This document shows positions 1-9,167 of a stretch of 64,000 bases of DNA, in pieces (positions within the stretch are counted from its first letter, which is position 1; every line of letters starts with the position of its first letter). A program made the translations under genes and the position numbers. The notes under the pieces are model-generated. The model ran no database searches. It was not told the origin of the DNA and was given only the letters and a program-made list of their open reading frames with translations. The stretch lies in the IMG/VR virus record IMGVR_UViG_3300024054_000015, positions 16,046 to 80,045 of that record, one strand, 5' to 3'. The DNA is from a virus.

Positions 1-2
1 CG

Positions 3-890
3 TTCTTCTTCCTTGGAGCCTTGTGGAGAAGAGACCTGTACGCCGTTGGTGGTAACGACGAGGAGTTCGTAAGCTACCAGGGATACGACGATGACTGGTT
101 TGCCAGATGCTTGGAGAATGGATTAGGTCTAAGGGCCGTTTATGTGGACTCAGTCGTGGGACACCACCAGTATCATGAGTGCCACGACACCAAGGAGAAG
201 TACACGCTCTCCAAAGCCTTTTATAGAAGGAAGTGCGAAATGGCTCAACAGGAGAATGTTTGGAGGGCTGCTGGAGGTCCTTGGCCTTACGAGGAGTCGT
301 TTGCCTCTGCCTATAAGAGCGGCGGTGATTGGAGCGGCCACGAGTCCGGTAGTGGTGAGGGGTCTTCCATCAAGGCCACTGAATCCATAAGGGTTATGCT
401 GAAGAACCTGATAGGGCTGCTGGACCTCAAGTCCATCCTGGACATACCTTGTGGAGACTTTAACTGGATGAGATGGGTGGAGCTAGGTGACGTGAAGTAC
501 CTGGGAGCCGACATCGTCAAGGAGCTAGTTCTGCAAAACCAAGAGAGGTTTCCAGGTAGAGAGTTCTTGTACCTGAACCTGCTAACGGAAAACCTGCCGA
601 CGGTAGACCTAGTTCTTTGCAGGGATTGCTTCGGGCACATGTCCTTTGAGGACTGCAACCGAGCCCTTGAGAACATCAAGCGTAGCAAGAGCAAGTACCT
701 GCTGATGACAACCTTTTGGAACCATGCTAACATGGACGGTAGGACAGGTCCTAGTTGGCACGCTAGGTCCATGACCAAGTCACCCTTCAACCTGCCACCA
801 CCCATGCTGACCGTGGACGAGTTGTGCCAGGAAGTCTATCCAAAGTACGCAGACAAGAGCTTAGGCTTATGGGAGGTTGCCAAGTTATGA
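3..890 (+). CDS. 5'-truncated glycosyltransferase (GT2/GT7 C-terminal-like) fused to class I SAM-dependent methyltransferase
   Basis: Frame open from window start; GGNDEEFVSYQGYDDDWFARCL resembles the GT7-C GGFDExFxGWGxEDxD motif; SILDIPCGDF..YLGADIV..DLVLCRD are SAM MTase motifs. Confidence 0.75.
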   Translation, partial: FFFLGALWRRDLYAVGGNDEEFVSYQGYDDDWFARCLENGLGLRAVYVDSVVGHHQYHECHDTKEKYTLSKAFYRRKCEMAQQENVWRAAGGPWPYEESFASAYKSGGDWSGHESGSGEGSSIKATESIRVMLKNLIGLLDLKSILDIPCGDFNWMRWVELGDVKYLGADIVKELVLQNQERFPGREFLYLNLLTENLPTVDLVLCRDCFGHMSFEDCNRALENIKRSKSKYLLMTTFWNHANMDGRTGPSWHARSMTKSPFNLPPPMLTVDELCQEVYPKYADKSLGLWEVAKL

Positions 891-1621
891 ACAGCATCGT
901 AGTCTGTGTGGAGTTCGACGATTTCCTAGCTCTTACTTTGCCAAGGAACAGGCGGCACTTTGGGCGGACGCTGGTAGTTACCTCCTGTGCTGATGTTTCC
1001 ACTCAGAAGCTGGCTCTGGAGAACTCCTGCGAGTGCTTCGTTACGAACTCGTTCTATGAACGTGGGGCGATGTTCAACAAGGGCTCGGCCTTGGAGAAGG
1101 GCCTGGACGTTCTCGGCAGGGAGGGCTGGATTTGCATCTGGGATGCAGACATTGTCATGCCGAACTCCATAGAGTTTGACAAGTCAGAGGAGTGCCTCTA
1201 TACAGCCCTACGCAGAACCCTAGACTTCCCGCAGGACTTCAACGACAACCTGGACTGGGAAACCGTTCCTGTTACTGGTCTCGAGTGCGAGTACCCTGGA
1301 TACTTTCAACTGTTCCATGTCTCAGCAGCTAGACAAAAGCCTTGGTACGAAACAGACTGGACGCACGCGGGCGGCTGTGATGGCAGCTTCCAGCACAGGT
1401 TCAAGAGGTTGGCTAGACCACCCTTCAACGTCCTGCACTTAGGCCCGAGCGTAGACGAAGCTCCACTATTCCATTTGAGAATAGGAAACAACTGGTGCGG
1501 CAGGACCACTCCCAGGTTAGACGGTAAACCACTGTCGCCAGATGCTAGGCTGCATCAAGTGGCCTCTATTTCAGAGAGTAGAAGGGTAGGTTGTGGCACA
1601 ATGAATGAGAAGCTGAAATGA
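887..1621 (+). CDS. GT-A fold glycosyltransferase (GT2-like)
   Basis: FNKGSALEKGL..WICIWDADIV (DxD) and GYFQLF motifs; ATG 887 overlaps the upstream stop. Confidence 0.7.
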   Translation: MNSIVVCVEFDDFLALTLPRNRRHFGRTLVVTSCADVSTQKLALENSCECFVTNSFYERGAMFNKGSALEKGLDVLGREGWICIWDADIVMPNSIEFDKSEECLYTALRRTLDFPQDFNDNLDWETVPVTGLECEYPGYFQLFHVSAARQKPWYETDWTHAGGCDGSFQHRFKRLARPPFNVLHLGPSVDEAPLFHLRIGNNWCGRTTPRLDGKPLSPDARLHQVASISESRRVGCGTMNEKLK

Positions 1622-2481
1622 TTTCAAAGCGTATGGCGTTCTTCTGGGTTGGTCGCATGTCTTGGCTAAGGTGGCTGACCCTCAGTAGCTTCGTTAGGTT
1701 CAACCCAGACTGGGAGGTTGTGCTTTACACAGCCGACAGTGAGTTTGTCGGGTCAAAGCATTGGAAGTCTGACAACGACGACGATAGCTCCTACGAGGGG
1801 CCTGACTATTGGGAGCATATTCCAAAGCAGGTCATCGTCAAGAAGTTTGTACCACCTTCCGTAATGAGTGCTGCCCAGATGTGTGATCTGTTCCAGTGGT
1901 GGTACTTGGGCACAGAGGGTGGGTTCTATGCCGACATGGACATCCTGTGGCTCCGGCCTTTCGATGAGACTTATAGAACCTGTCTAAACTCTAACGCTGT
2001 GTTCTGCCTAGAGGGTACACTCCTAGCCATTGGCCTTGTAGGCTCTACACCGGATTGCCCACTGTTCAGGGCTATCTATAGCGGAGCCGAGATAGAGTCC
2101 AATGCCGACTATCAGCACTATGGGACTAACCTTGTCTACAGAGTGTTCGAGATTGGCTATGGTAAACCTCATCCCGGCAAGAAGTTTCTTAACCTAGCTA
2201 GAAGGATCTACCCGAATCTGCAAATAGAGGAGATCCCGCAGAATACGGTCTATCCATTTATCTGGGATGAGGCCGACAAGATCTTTGAGAGAAAGCTGCC
2301 TGTGCCTAACAGTTCTGTAGGAATCCACTGGTTTGGAGGAGGGCCAATCCCTAACAAATGGAACAGGTTATTGACCGAGGACTCCTGGACAAGCTACGAC
2401 AACACTTTCACTGCCAGATTGAATAGGATCTGCAAAGTTGAAGGTAACTTTAATCTATCCCCCACAGCAGTCGCGTCCTGA
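1618..2481 (+). CDS. DXD glycosyltransferase, GT32/Och1-like sugar-binding family
   Basis: FFWVG..LSSFVRFNPDWEVVLY; CDLFQWWYLGTEGGFYADMDILWLRP; GIHWFGG. Confidence 0.8.
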   Translation: MISKRMAFFWVGRMSWLRWLTLSSFVRFNPDWEVVLYTADSEFVGSKHWKSDNDDDSSYEGPDYWEHIPKQVIVKKFVPPSVMSAAQMCDLFQWWYLGTEGGFYADMDILWLRPFDETYRTCLNSNAVFCLEGTLLAIGLVGSTPDCPLFRAIYSGAEIESNADYQHYGTNLVYRVFEIGYGKPHPGKKFLNLARRIYPNLQIEEIPQNTVYPFIWDEADKIFERKLPVPNSSVGIHWFGGGPIPNKWNRLLTEDSWTSYDNTFTARLNRICKVEGNFNLSPTAVAS

Positions 2482-3796
2482 CATTCCCCACAAGCCAGAG
2501 GCTTCCCTAGCTTATCCTTATCTGGCTGGGGGTCTACTAGACCTTGGTGTAAGTGTCAGTATCTATGACGCCTGTGTAGGGAACAGTAAAGATCCTGAGG
2601 ACGTGTTCTACAACTCTGTGGACCTCCCTAGTGGGCTACGCAGATACGGGGTTTCAGACGACAGGATCTTAGAGGAGGTTAGCGACAGTGACCTAGTTGG
2701 CATCACTTCCATATTCACTGCTCAGGAAACGATGGCCCTGTACGTCGGCAGGCTCATCAAGAAACATTTTCCAGACAAGGTCTTGGTTTGTGGCGGCACC
2801 AATGCCAGAAGCAGACCTAGGATGTTCATCAAGTCTGGGTTTGACGTGGTCTGTATGTCTGAGGCCGACTACAGCATCCAAGCCATCGCCTACGCAGTAG
2901 AGAACCACAGGCCGACTAGAAGGTTCTACCGGCAACCACTGATCACCAACCTGGACCAGCTTCCCATGCCAGCTTGGGAGCTACACCAGAACGATCGGTA
3001 CTGGCAGTTAGGAAAGCCTCACGGTTCAGCCCAAGGTGAGGGCTTCAAGTACGCTCCCATCATGACCTCTAGAGGATGTGTGTTCAGGTGCAGCTATTGC
3101 CACATCTCAGGAGAGCAAGGCATCTGCAAGTTTCGTGTCAAGTCCTTGGACAGGGTTTCCTTAGAGTTGGAGAAGCTTCGCACCCTGGGTGTAGAGAACC
3201 TCTTCATTGAGGACGACACGCTATTCGGGAACAAGCCCAGGGGCCTTGACGTCTTGAGGCTAGTCCAGCAGTTCAGCTTTAAGGTCTGGGACATCAACGG
3301 CGTCAACATTGCCCACCTGTTCAAAGGCAGCGAGCCAGACCAAGAAGTCCTGGACACTCTTCAGGCTTGTGGCTTTGCAGCCCTGACCATTCCAGTAGAG
3401 TCTGGTAGCCAGAGGATCCTGGACAAGTACGCCTCCAGGAAGTGGCAGGTAGCCAGATACGACATATCGAAACTCATCAAGGGTCTGAACAGCAGAGGCA
3501 TCAAGGCAGGCGTGAACTACATGCTGGGCTATCCAGACGAGACCCTAGAGGAGATGCAGTCAACCATCGCTCTAGCTCAGAAGCTAAGAGACGCTGGGGC
3601 GAACAGTTCAAACTTCATGATCGTTATCCCACTGCCTGGAACTGCCATCTATGACATGGCTATTAGGGAGGGGTATCTGGATCTAGACTTTAACCCAGAT
3701 ACGTTCAACTGGAGGCAAGCCAGCATGAAGAATACAACCGTGCCAGCAAGTCAAATAGAGGAGATGCAAGCCGAAGCCTACGCCAAGCTAAACTAG
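2438..3796 (+). CDS. Cobalamin-binding (class B) radical SAM enzyme
   Basis: N-terminal B12-binding-like domain (LVGITSIF, VCGGTNA) and CxxxCxxC (RGCVFRCSYC), VESGSQRIL, YMLGYPDET. Confidence 0.85.
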   Translation: MKVTLIYPPQQSRPDIPHKPEASLAYPYLAGGLLDLGVSVSIYDACVGNSKDPEDVFYNSVDLPSGLRRYGVSDDRILEEVSDSDLVGITSIFTAQETMALYVGRLIKKHFPDKVLVCGGTNARSRPRMFIKSGFDVVCMSEADYSIQAIAYAVENHRPTRRFYRQPLITNLDQLPMPAWELHQNDRYWQLGKPHGSAQGEGFKYAPIMTSRGCVFRCSYCHISGEQGICKFRVKSLDRVSLELEKLRTLGVENLFIEDDTLFGNKPRGLDVLRLVQQFSFKVWDINGVNIAHLFKGSEPDQEVLDTLQACGFAALTIPVESGSQRILDKYASRKWQVARYDISKLIKGLNSRGIKAGVNYMLGYPDETLEEMQSTIALAQKLRDAGANSSNFMIVIPLPGTAIYDMAIREGYLDLDFNPDTFNWRQASMKNTTVPASQIEEMQAEAYAKLN

Positions 3797-3818
3797 GCTG
3801 TTTGGCGTAATGCCCAAC

Positions 3819-3915
3819 AAGGCCCCTAGCTACCCTGTAGGCGAGCGCAAGCCGTAACAAGGTGCAGCTAGGCCACTAACTACCAGCGCTCGGCTACGGG
3901 CCTGCTAGGGGCTTT
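3819..3915. repeat. Inverted-repeat-bounded ~100-bp element A (paralog of element B at 37244-37340)
   Basis: AAGGCCCCTA at 3819 and CTGCTAGGGGCTTTAA at 3902; same ends and same 83-nt offset as element B. Confidence 0.6.
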
Positions 3916-3945
3916 AATTGGCATACTACCTTTGGGGGTAAGGTA

Positions 3946-3996
3946 GGCAGCGCTCTCGCTCGGGTCCTGCTCCGCCCGTAGCTTGAGAGCGCTGCC
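3946..3996. terminator. Hairpin between convergent genes, probable terminator
   Basis: GGCAGCGCTCTC ... GAGAGCGCTGCC inverted repeat. Confidence 0.55.
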
Positions 3997-4007
3997 CTAC
4001 CGTTCTG

Positions 4008-4181
4008 CTACTGTTTACCCTCCAGCTTGATCCTGTCGTAAACTTCCTGTCTATGCACTGGCATCTCTTTCGGGGCCTCGATGGCTATGCCCACCTTGTC
4101 TCCCCTAATGTAAGAGATAGAGATCCTGATGTTGTCACCAATCATGATCGACTCGCCAGCGTGTCTACTGAGAACTAGCAT
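4008..4181 (-). CDS. csrA: Carbon storage regulator CsrA/RsmA homolog
   Basis: MLVLSRHAGESIMIGDNIRISISYIRGDKVGIAIEAPKEMPVHRQEVY is the CsrA signature; AAGGAG RBS upstream. Confidence 0.92.
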   Translation of the reverse strand: MLVLSRHAGESIMIGDNIRISISYIRGDKVGIAIEAPKEMPVHRQEVYDRIKLEGKQ

Positions 4182-4326
4182 CTTGAACTCCTTTACGATC
4201 TGGTTCTGACCCTGTCTCATCAACTATCCCTAGATCATAGGCCTCCTCTAGAGACAACTCTCCATGATGGAATGCACTTCGTGCGTCTTCTGTATCAATC
4301 GTTTGATCCAAGAAGTCGTCAGCCAT
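4165..4326 (-). CDS. Small acidic hypothetical protein (53 aa; below ORF-track cutoff)
   Basis: Read by hand: MADDFLDQTIDTEDARSAFHHGELSLEEAYDLGIVDETGSEPDRKGVQDASSQ; fills the gap between ligase and csrA. Confidence 0.5.
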   Translation of the reverse strand: MADDFLDQTIDTEDARSAFHHGELSLEEAYDLGIVDETGSEPDRKGVQDASSQ

Positions 4327-4338
4327 ATCTCCCATAAC

Positions 4339-5244
4339 TTACTCCTTCGTTGTAGGAAGTGAAGACCGGAGACCTAAGTAGATCGGGAACCGTGGAGCAT
4401 CTCTAACTCCTGTGGGCTGGGACTTGTACTTGACAATCATACCACGTAGGAACTCTCTACAGTTCCAGAGAACCTTCCTGGTCTCATCGTCAAAGCCCGA
4501 TCCTATGTTGAATATCACGCCACTGTGAATGTCAATCACTGTTAGTGATCCCAATGTGTCCATTGGAATGAGATTGGCCTTGTGGGAGCTACGCTTGGTC
4601 CTGCCGAGCTCATCCAGCTTGGCCTCATTGGCGTTGTGCATCTTCTCCTCGACACCTATGATAACGGCCTCAGAATCTGAGAACCGTTTTATCTTGAGCA
4701 GCCACCCCTCCTTCTCGGTGCTGCGTCCGAACTTGTAAGGACCGTAGGGGTCACGAACCATCACACCTTCAAAGCCTAGTGATAGTACGTGATGCTCGTA
4801 CTCCTCCAGTTCTTCTGGGGTACTCATTCGGTCTGGTAGTACCAGTCGTACTGGATCACTCGGAGTGGGACTCTTGCCGAATTGGTCGGCCAGTCTAGTA
4901 ACCCTTATGTCGTATCCACACGTAGGGCTAGTTGCCAACCAGTCAAATACTTGATACTCGAAGTCAGGTGCTCCATCCCTGGACATGATGGCAGAACTGG
5001 TCTGCTGGAAAGTGCCCTCAGGTACGACCAACTCCCCGTCAAAGCCTACGGGGCAGATACTTTCTAGCTTGCCCCTAACGTACTCGTTGGGAATCGGCTT
5101 GAAGTTTCGGCTGACGGCAACCTTTCGATCGCCTTGCTGAATGATAAGACACCGAATGCCATCCAGCTTAGGCGTCGCCAGCACTGGATACTTCAGCTTG
5201 TTGATGTCCGAACATTTCCCCGCTAACATGGGTTTCTCGATCAT
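4339..5244 (-). CDS. ATP-dependent DNA ligase
   Basis: Motif I TPKLDGIRC, FDGEL, FEGVMVR, LLKIK, C-terminal OB fold with PRFP. Confidence 0.92.
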   Translation of the reverse strand: MIEKPMLAGKCSDINKLKYPVLATPKLDGIRCLIIQQGDRKVAVSRNFKPIPNEYVRGKLESICPVGFDGELVVPEGTFQQTSSAIMSRDGAPDFEYQVFDWLATSPTCGYDIRVTRLADQFGKSPTPSDPVRLVLPDRMSTPEELEEYEHHVLSLGFEGVMVRDPYGPYKFGRSTEKEGWLLKIKRFSDSEAVIIGVEEKMHNANEAKLDELGRTKRSSHKANLIPMDTLGSLTVIDIHSGVIFNIGSGFDDETRKVLWNCREFLRGMIVKYKSQPTGVRDAPRFPIYLGLRSSLPTTKE

Positions 5245-5539
5245 CTGGTTTCCTTCCAAACTTAACGGAAATTCCCTTGAGACCTAGCTTCTCGGCTAGG
5301 CCCCTAGCTTCCTCTAAACTCTTGACTAACCCCTGATCTGTATGCAACTCTAGGCTCCAACTAGAGGCATATACGGTAAGGTACTCTGGTCCTGAGTTGA
5401 TTCTGGAGTGAGTAAAGGCTTTGCTCTCCTCCAGTTCGTTTGGGACGCGTACCGAAACGTCCTCTCCGTTCAACACCCTAAGCTCGCGCTCGAGCCTCCT
5501 AAGCTGCTCCTCAAGGATCCGGGTCTGTAGAGACTTCAT
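5168..5539 (-). CDS. Hypothetical early protein
   Basis: ORF in the tiled leftward operon; overlaps the ligase start. Confidence 0.45.
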   Translation of the reverse strand: MKSLQTRILEEQLRRLERELRVLNGEDVSVRVPNELEESKAFTHSRINSGPEYLTVYASSWSLELHTDQGLVKSLEEARGLAEKLGLKGISVKFGRKPDDRETHVSGEMFGHQQAEVSSAGDA

Positions 5540-5744
5540 CGCCAGAGTCCTCCAACTTCTGAAACTTCTTTACAGTTTTCATAAAGATCTCTGGAGGATC
5601 TTCGTCCTGAAACCAAACGTGTGGCGTCTTGTTCTCCTTGATTGTGTGAGCTCTGAGGGCCTCCCTATTCTCTGGTGAGAAATGGGTTTCCTTCACATAT
5701 AGAAAGTTCTCCGTGTCCTCCGGGTGCATTATGTAGATCTTCAT
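5511..5744 (-). CDS. Hypothetical early protein
   Basis: ORF with GGAG RBS before MKIYIM. Confidence 0.55.
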   Translation of the reverse strand: MKIYIMHPEDTENFLYVKETHFSPENREALRAHTIKENKTPHVWFQDEDPPEIFMKTVKKFQKLEDSGDEVSTDPDP

Positions 5745-5745
5745 A

Positions 5746-6030
5746 TTATCTCCGGGAGATGTTAATCGCGTGATAGGTGTTGCCAGTGCGTTCATCCGTG
5801 ACCTCCGTCATGGTCACGTGGCAGTAATCCCTGACCATGCCGTGGACGATGTTCTTCCGCACCGTACTCTGTACGGCTCTAGGAGCACAGCGTACTGCGA
5901 GGTTGACGATTCGTCCAATCTTGATGGCCAGATCCTTAGCGTCGATGCCTGGATTAGCCGCCGTCAGATCATTGATCAAAGCCACCACTTCCTTACGACC
6001 TTCTTCTGCAATCTCTAAGTAACGAGCCAT
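5746..6030 (-). CDS. Hypothetical early protein
   Basis: ORF with AAGGAG RBS, tiled. Confidence 0.6.
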   Translation of the reverse strand: MARYLEIAEEGRKEVVALINDLTAANPGIDAKDLAIKIGRIVNLAVRCAPRAVQSTVRKNIVHGMVRDYCHVTMTEVTDERTGNTYHAINISRR

Positions 6031-6042
6031 GACTTGCTCCTT

Positions 6043-6255
6043 TCAGTTGGATCTAGCTGCATCTGCCTTCGGACCGTACACTGCCATTGGACCATCCACT
6101 GGATCTAGAACAGTTCCTCTTTCATCCTCGAACCAGACATGGGTTACGTCATAGATCTCCTTTATGATCTTTCTGGTAAGCTCCCTATCGAACTCCGTCA
6201 CAGACAGGGCTTCGCCACATTGCATCCCGATAGCATCCGCTGTGTAGTATCTCAT
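6043..6255 (-). CDS. Hypothetical early protein
   Basis: MRYYTAD start directly after the helicase stop. Confidence 0.5.
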   Translation of the reverse strand: MRYYTADAIGMQCGEALSVTEFDRELTRKIIKEIYDVTHVWFEDERGTVLDPVDGPMAVYGPKADAARSN

Positions 6256-6256
6256 G

Positions 6257-8137
6257 TTACACCTTGTACCTTGAAATTTCCCCATCCTCGGTGATAACCG
6301 ATACAAGGAACTTCCTGGAAATAGATCCGTCCTTGCGTACAACGTCTACGTACTGACCCATCTTTCCGCTGGGACCGCGTACGACCCATTTTCCGGTCAC
6401 CTTATCCATGGACCATGTGAACTCTCCTTCCGGTGGGCTTGAGGGTGTCGGTGGAATTACAGTTGGAATCTCTACTGGAATCGGTGTGGAGGCAATGATG
6501 TACTCCACATCCAAGCTATCATCTCCTGTAAAGGTAGGACACTCTGTTATGTCTAATTGTAGCTTGGCTCTGGTAACTGCGACGTAGACCAGCTTCTTGA
6601 TGGCGTCGTCGCACTTGCTAAGGGTTGGGAAGTCGCTGGCAAGTGCGACTGTATCCCACTCACGTCCTTTGGCCTTGTGAGCCGTGCTGATGATAAGATC
6701 CGCATCCTTTTCCTGCGGCATGTTCTTCAGGGCATCCTTGATCACCTTGGCCCCGAAGGTGTCAATCAGCTTAACCATCAGCCGCAGGTCTTCACCCTCG
6801 TCCTGTTTGCTGTACTCCTGCACTTCTGTCCAGGAAGCAAAGCAGGCAAGCTCTGGGTGAGAGGTAGGCTTCAGTTTCTGTAGGCACTCAGCAGCTTCTA
6901 CGAAGCTGATGACGTCTGAGCCGCCACCAACCAGGAAAGGTCGTAGACCGTTGCCAATCGCTGTGAGGAGCTTGGTCACTGCCATCGCATTGGTTCTGCA
7001 AAGGATGGCAACCGGATTCGCAATCGGTCCAACCACGCTCGGTATGCTCGGTAGACCTTTGAGCCTTAGAGGCGTCGGCTCATCCAACGTCTCAAGCACG
7101 GCATTGGCTACCTGAGCAATCGCCTCGCCAAAGCGAAAGCTCTGGCTTAAGAAGCAGCGTGGCGCGTCCGGAAAGAAGGACATCGCGTTGATGGCTCCAC
7201 GCCACTCATAGATCTGCTGGGCACTGTCGCCAACCAGGATCACTGGACACTTCTGCCGTCGTAGGATGTCCAGCATTACTGGCGCAGTGTCCTGAGCCTC
7301 ATCCAGTAGGATGTAGTCAGCAGAGATTACTGGATCGCTCAACTGCCAGATCTTGACGTAGTGGTCGTGTCCAAACGTCAGTTGCCCATCCTTGTCGCAC
7401 AGGTCCTTCCAAGCCTTCAACGCAAAGGGCAGCAGGTATTCCCTGACCTTCTTGTTGTTGGTGTAGGTTCTCCTTTCATCCACAGGAGCGTCGATACCAT
7501 CGATGTAACGAAAGTGATCGACCTTCAGTTCCATGTCTGCCGACTGGCAGAATCGCCGAATGGCGTCCAGCACCTTACCTGCCAGGAAGCCCGGAGCAAT
7601 TCGCCTGGTCTCATCACCAAGCTCAAACTCGAAGGCTTCCAGTTCCAGCATCCTTGCCACCTGCTCACTCTTGATCCTTGGTCGGTTGAGCTTGTGAGCA
7701 TACTGCTTTCCTACAGCCTGAAAGGCAAGGCTGTGAGTCGTGTTGCACTGTACTCGAGTCCCATGGAACTTGGGTTTCGTCTCGGCTACCAGTGCTGAAT
7801 TGAAAGCTGTGTACTGTCCACGACCTTCCATGACGTCTGCTAACATTCGCAGAGTCGTGGTTTTTCCAGTACCTGCTCCAGCTTCAATTATCAGACACTT
7901 CTTAACTCTACCTCCCTCAACCAAGATGACTTGCTGCTCCTTGGTTGGCTTCTTGTCACTCTTTGGTCCTGTGGGCGGTTTCAGCCTCTCTATTATTGAG
8001 GCTGTCTTCGTCTCACTTGCCACCACTTTCCTGGCAGTAGGGACACACTCTGGACACACGTTCCAGTTCCCTATTGCTCGGGGCCTGTTTGTCGGCTGTC
8101 CACAGATCTGACAGTCAACTGGTTGTTTCTTAGGCAT
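6257..8137 (-). CDS. Superfamily 1 (UvrD/Rep-like) DNA helicase with N-terminal Zn finger
   Basis: Walker A AGAGTGKTT, Walker B LLDEAQD, VGDSAQQIY, STAHKAKGREW, YVAVTRA. Confidence 0.92.
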   Translation of the reverse strand: MPKKQPVDCQICGQPTNRPRAIGNWNVCPECVPTARKVVASETKTASIIERLKPPTGPKSDKKPTKEQQVILVEGGRVKKCLIIEAGAGTGKTTTLRMLADVMEGRGQYTAFNSALVAETKPKFHGTRVQCNTTHSLAFQAVGKQYAHKLNRPRIKSEQVARMLELEAFEFELGDETRRIAPGFLAGKVLDAIRRFCQSADMELKVDHFRYIDGIDAPVDERRTYTNNKKVREYLLPFALKAWKDLCDKDGQLTFGHDHYVKIWQLSDPVISADYILLDEAQDTAPVMLDILRRQKCPVILVGDSAQQIYEWRGAINAMSFFPDAPRCFLSQSFRFGEAIAQVANAVLETLDEPTPLRLKGLPSIPSVVGPIANPVAILCRTNAMAVTKLLTAIGNGLRPFLVGGGSDVISFVEAAECLQKLKPTSHPELACFASWTEVQEYSKQDEGEDLRLMVKLIDTFGAKVIKDALKNMPQEKDADLIISTAHKAKGREWDTVALASDFPTLSKCDDAIKKLVYVAVTRAKLQLDITECPTFTGDDSLDVEYIIASTPIPVEIPTVIPPTPSSPPEGEFTWSMDKVTGKWVVRGPSGKMGQYVDVVRKDGSISRKFLVSVITEDGEISRYKV

Positions 8138-8151
8138 GACACTGATCCCTC

Positions 8152-8352
8152 TTAATGACCTTTGATCCTTCTCAACTCTGTACTAAATTCTAATGTTCCC
8201 CAATCAAGAACTTCCTGAACTCCTAGCTGCACACTTTTCGCTCCGAAAACTACTGGATCTTCTGCGGATCCCTTCACTGCCGAGCAGTTGCAGAACTTGA
8301 TCCAGTTAGCCTTGGTGAACTTCCACAATTCACCGTCAAGTAGAACATACAT
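8152..8352 (-). CDS. Hypothetical early protein
   Basis: AAGGAGG RBS; tiled. Confidence 0.55.
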   Translation of the reverse strand: MYVLLDGELWKFTKANWIKFCNCSAVKGSAEDPVVFGAKSVQLGVQEVLDWGTLEFSTELRRIKGH

Positions 8353-8437
8353 CGTAACCTCCTTCTAGTAGAGTGTCAATCAACACTGCACACTGCCGCA
8401 GCAGATCTTTCCAGGATCCCTGCGGGAGTTTGAAGTG

Positions 8438-8731
8438 TTACATGCCGTACCTACTGTGAGGGAAAGCCTTCTTGCAGATCTGCTCCTGCCTCTTGCGAGG
8501 CTGCTTCTCCAACCACTCCACAGCCTCGTTGTCTCCGCCGTGGGACATCGGATATCCTCCAGTGAATCCGCAGGATGTAACCGACTCGATTACTTGGGAT
8601 CTGGTCATTACAGCCCGCTCGATGCTCTTGGCTTCCCCACAGTCAACCATGCACTGAAGGGTGTCCGGTCCAATCGCCTGCCATGTGGCATCCAGTGCGC
8701 GAATGGCTCGTTTCTCCATGTCGTCTGTCAT
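8438..8731 (-). CDS. Hypothetical early protein
   Basis: Start overlaps upstream stop. Confidence 0.55.
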   Translation of the reverse strand: MTDDMEKRAIRALDATWQAIGPDTLQCMVDCGEAKSIERAVMTRSQVIESVTSCGFTGGYPMSHGGDNEAVEWLEKQPRKRQEQICKKAFPHSRYGM

Positions 8732-8955
8732 CTGTCAAGTCTCCCTTTGAATTGATTCACAGCATCAAAGAAGTTTTCGCTGTAGTGCCCGAACTCGGTA
8801 CTACCGTCTGGAAAGAATCTCCAGGAGACATACTCTCCATCAGGTCTACCTCCCTTGTTCCAATGGCAAAGAACATAAATGTTTCCGCAGCGGCTCTCCA
8901 TTCCTGTTAGGACTACCGCTCCGTTTTCTAGAATGGTTCCAGGTTTTGGAATCAT
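8728..8955 (-). CDS. Hypothetical early protein
   Basis: ATGA coupling, GGAGG RBS. Confidence 0.55.
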   Translation of the reverse strand: MIPKPGTILENGAVVLTGMESRCGNIYVLCHWNKGGRPDGEYVSWRFFPDGSTEFGHYSENFFDAVNQFKGRLDR

Positions 8956-9167
8956 GATGGCCTCCGGCTCAGTCTACGAGGGGGCTCTCTGCGAACAGGC
9001 TGCTCCTCTGGAAGAAGAGGCTGTGCTAACGGCTCTTGCTCACAGGGGTCAATTGGTCTCACTTGTATGTCTCCGTCCATGTTGATACCGAATCCCATCA
9101 AGTTGGTCGTGATAGCCATGCGGCCTCTAACGACACCATCCACTACTAGTTCGTAATACTGAATCAT
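8952..9167 (-). CDS. Hypothetical early protein
   Basis: ATGA coupling. Confidence 0.5.
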   Translation of the reverse strand: MIQYYELVVDGVVRGRMAITTNLMGFGINMDGDIQVRPIDPCEQEPLAQPLLPEEQPVRREPPRRLSRRPS

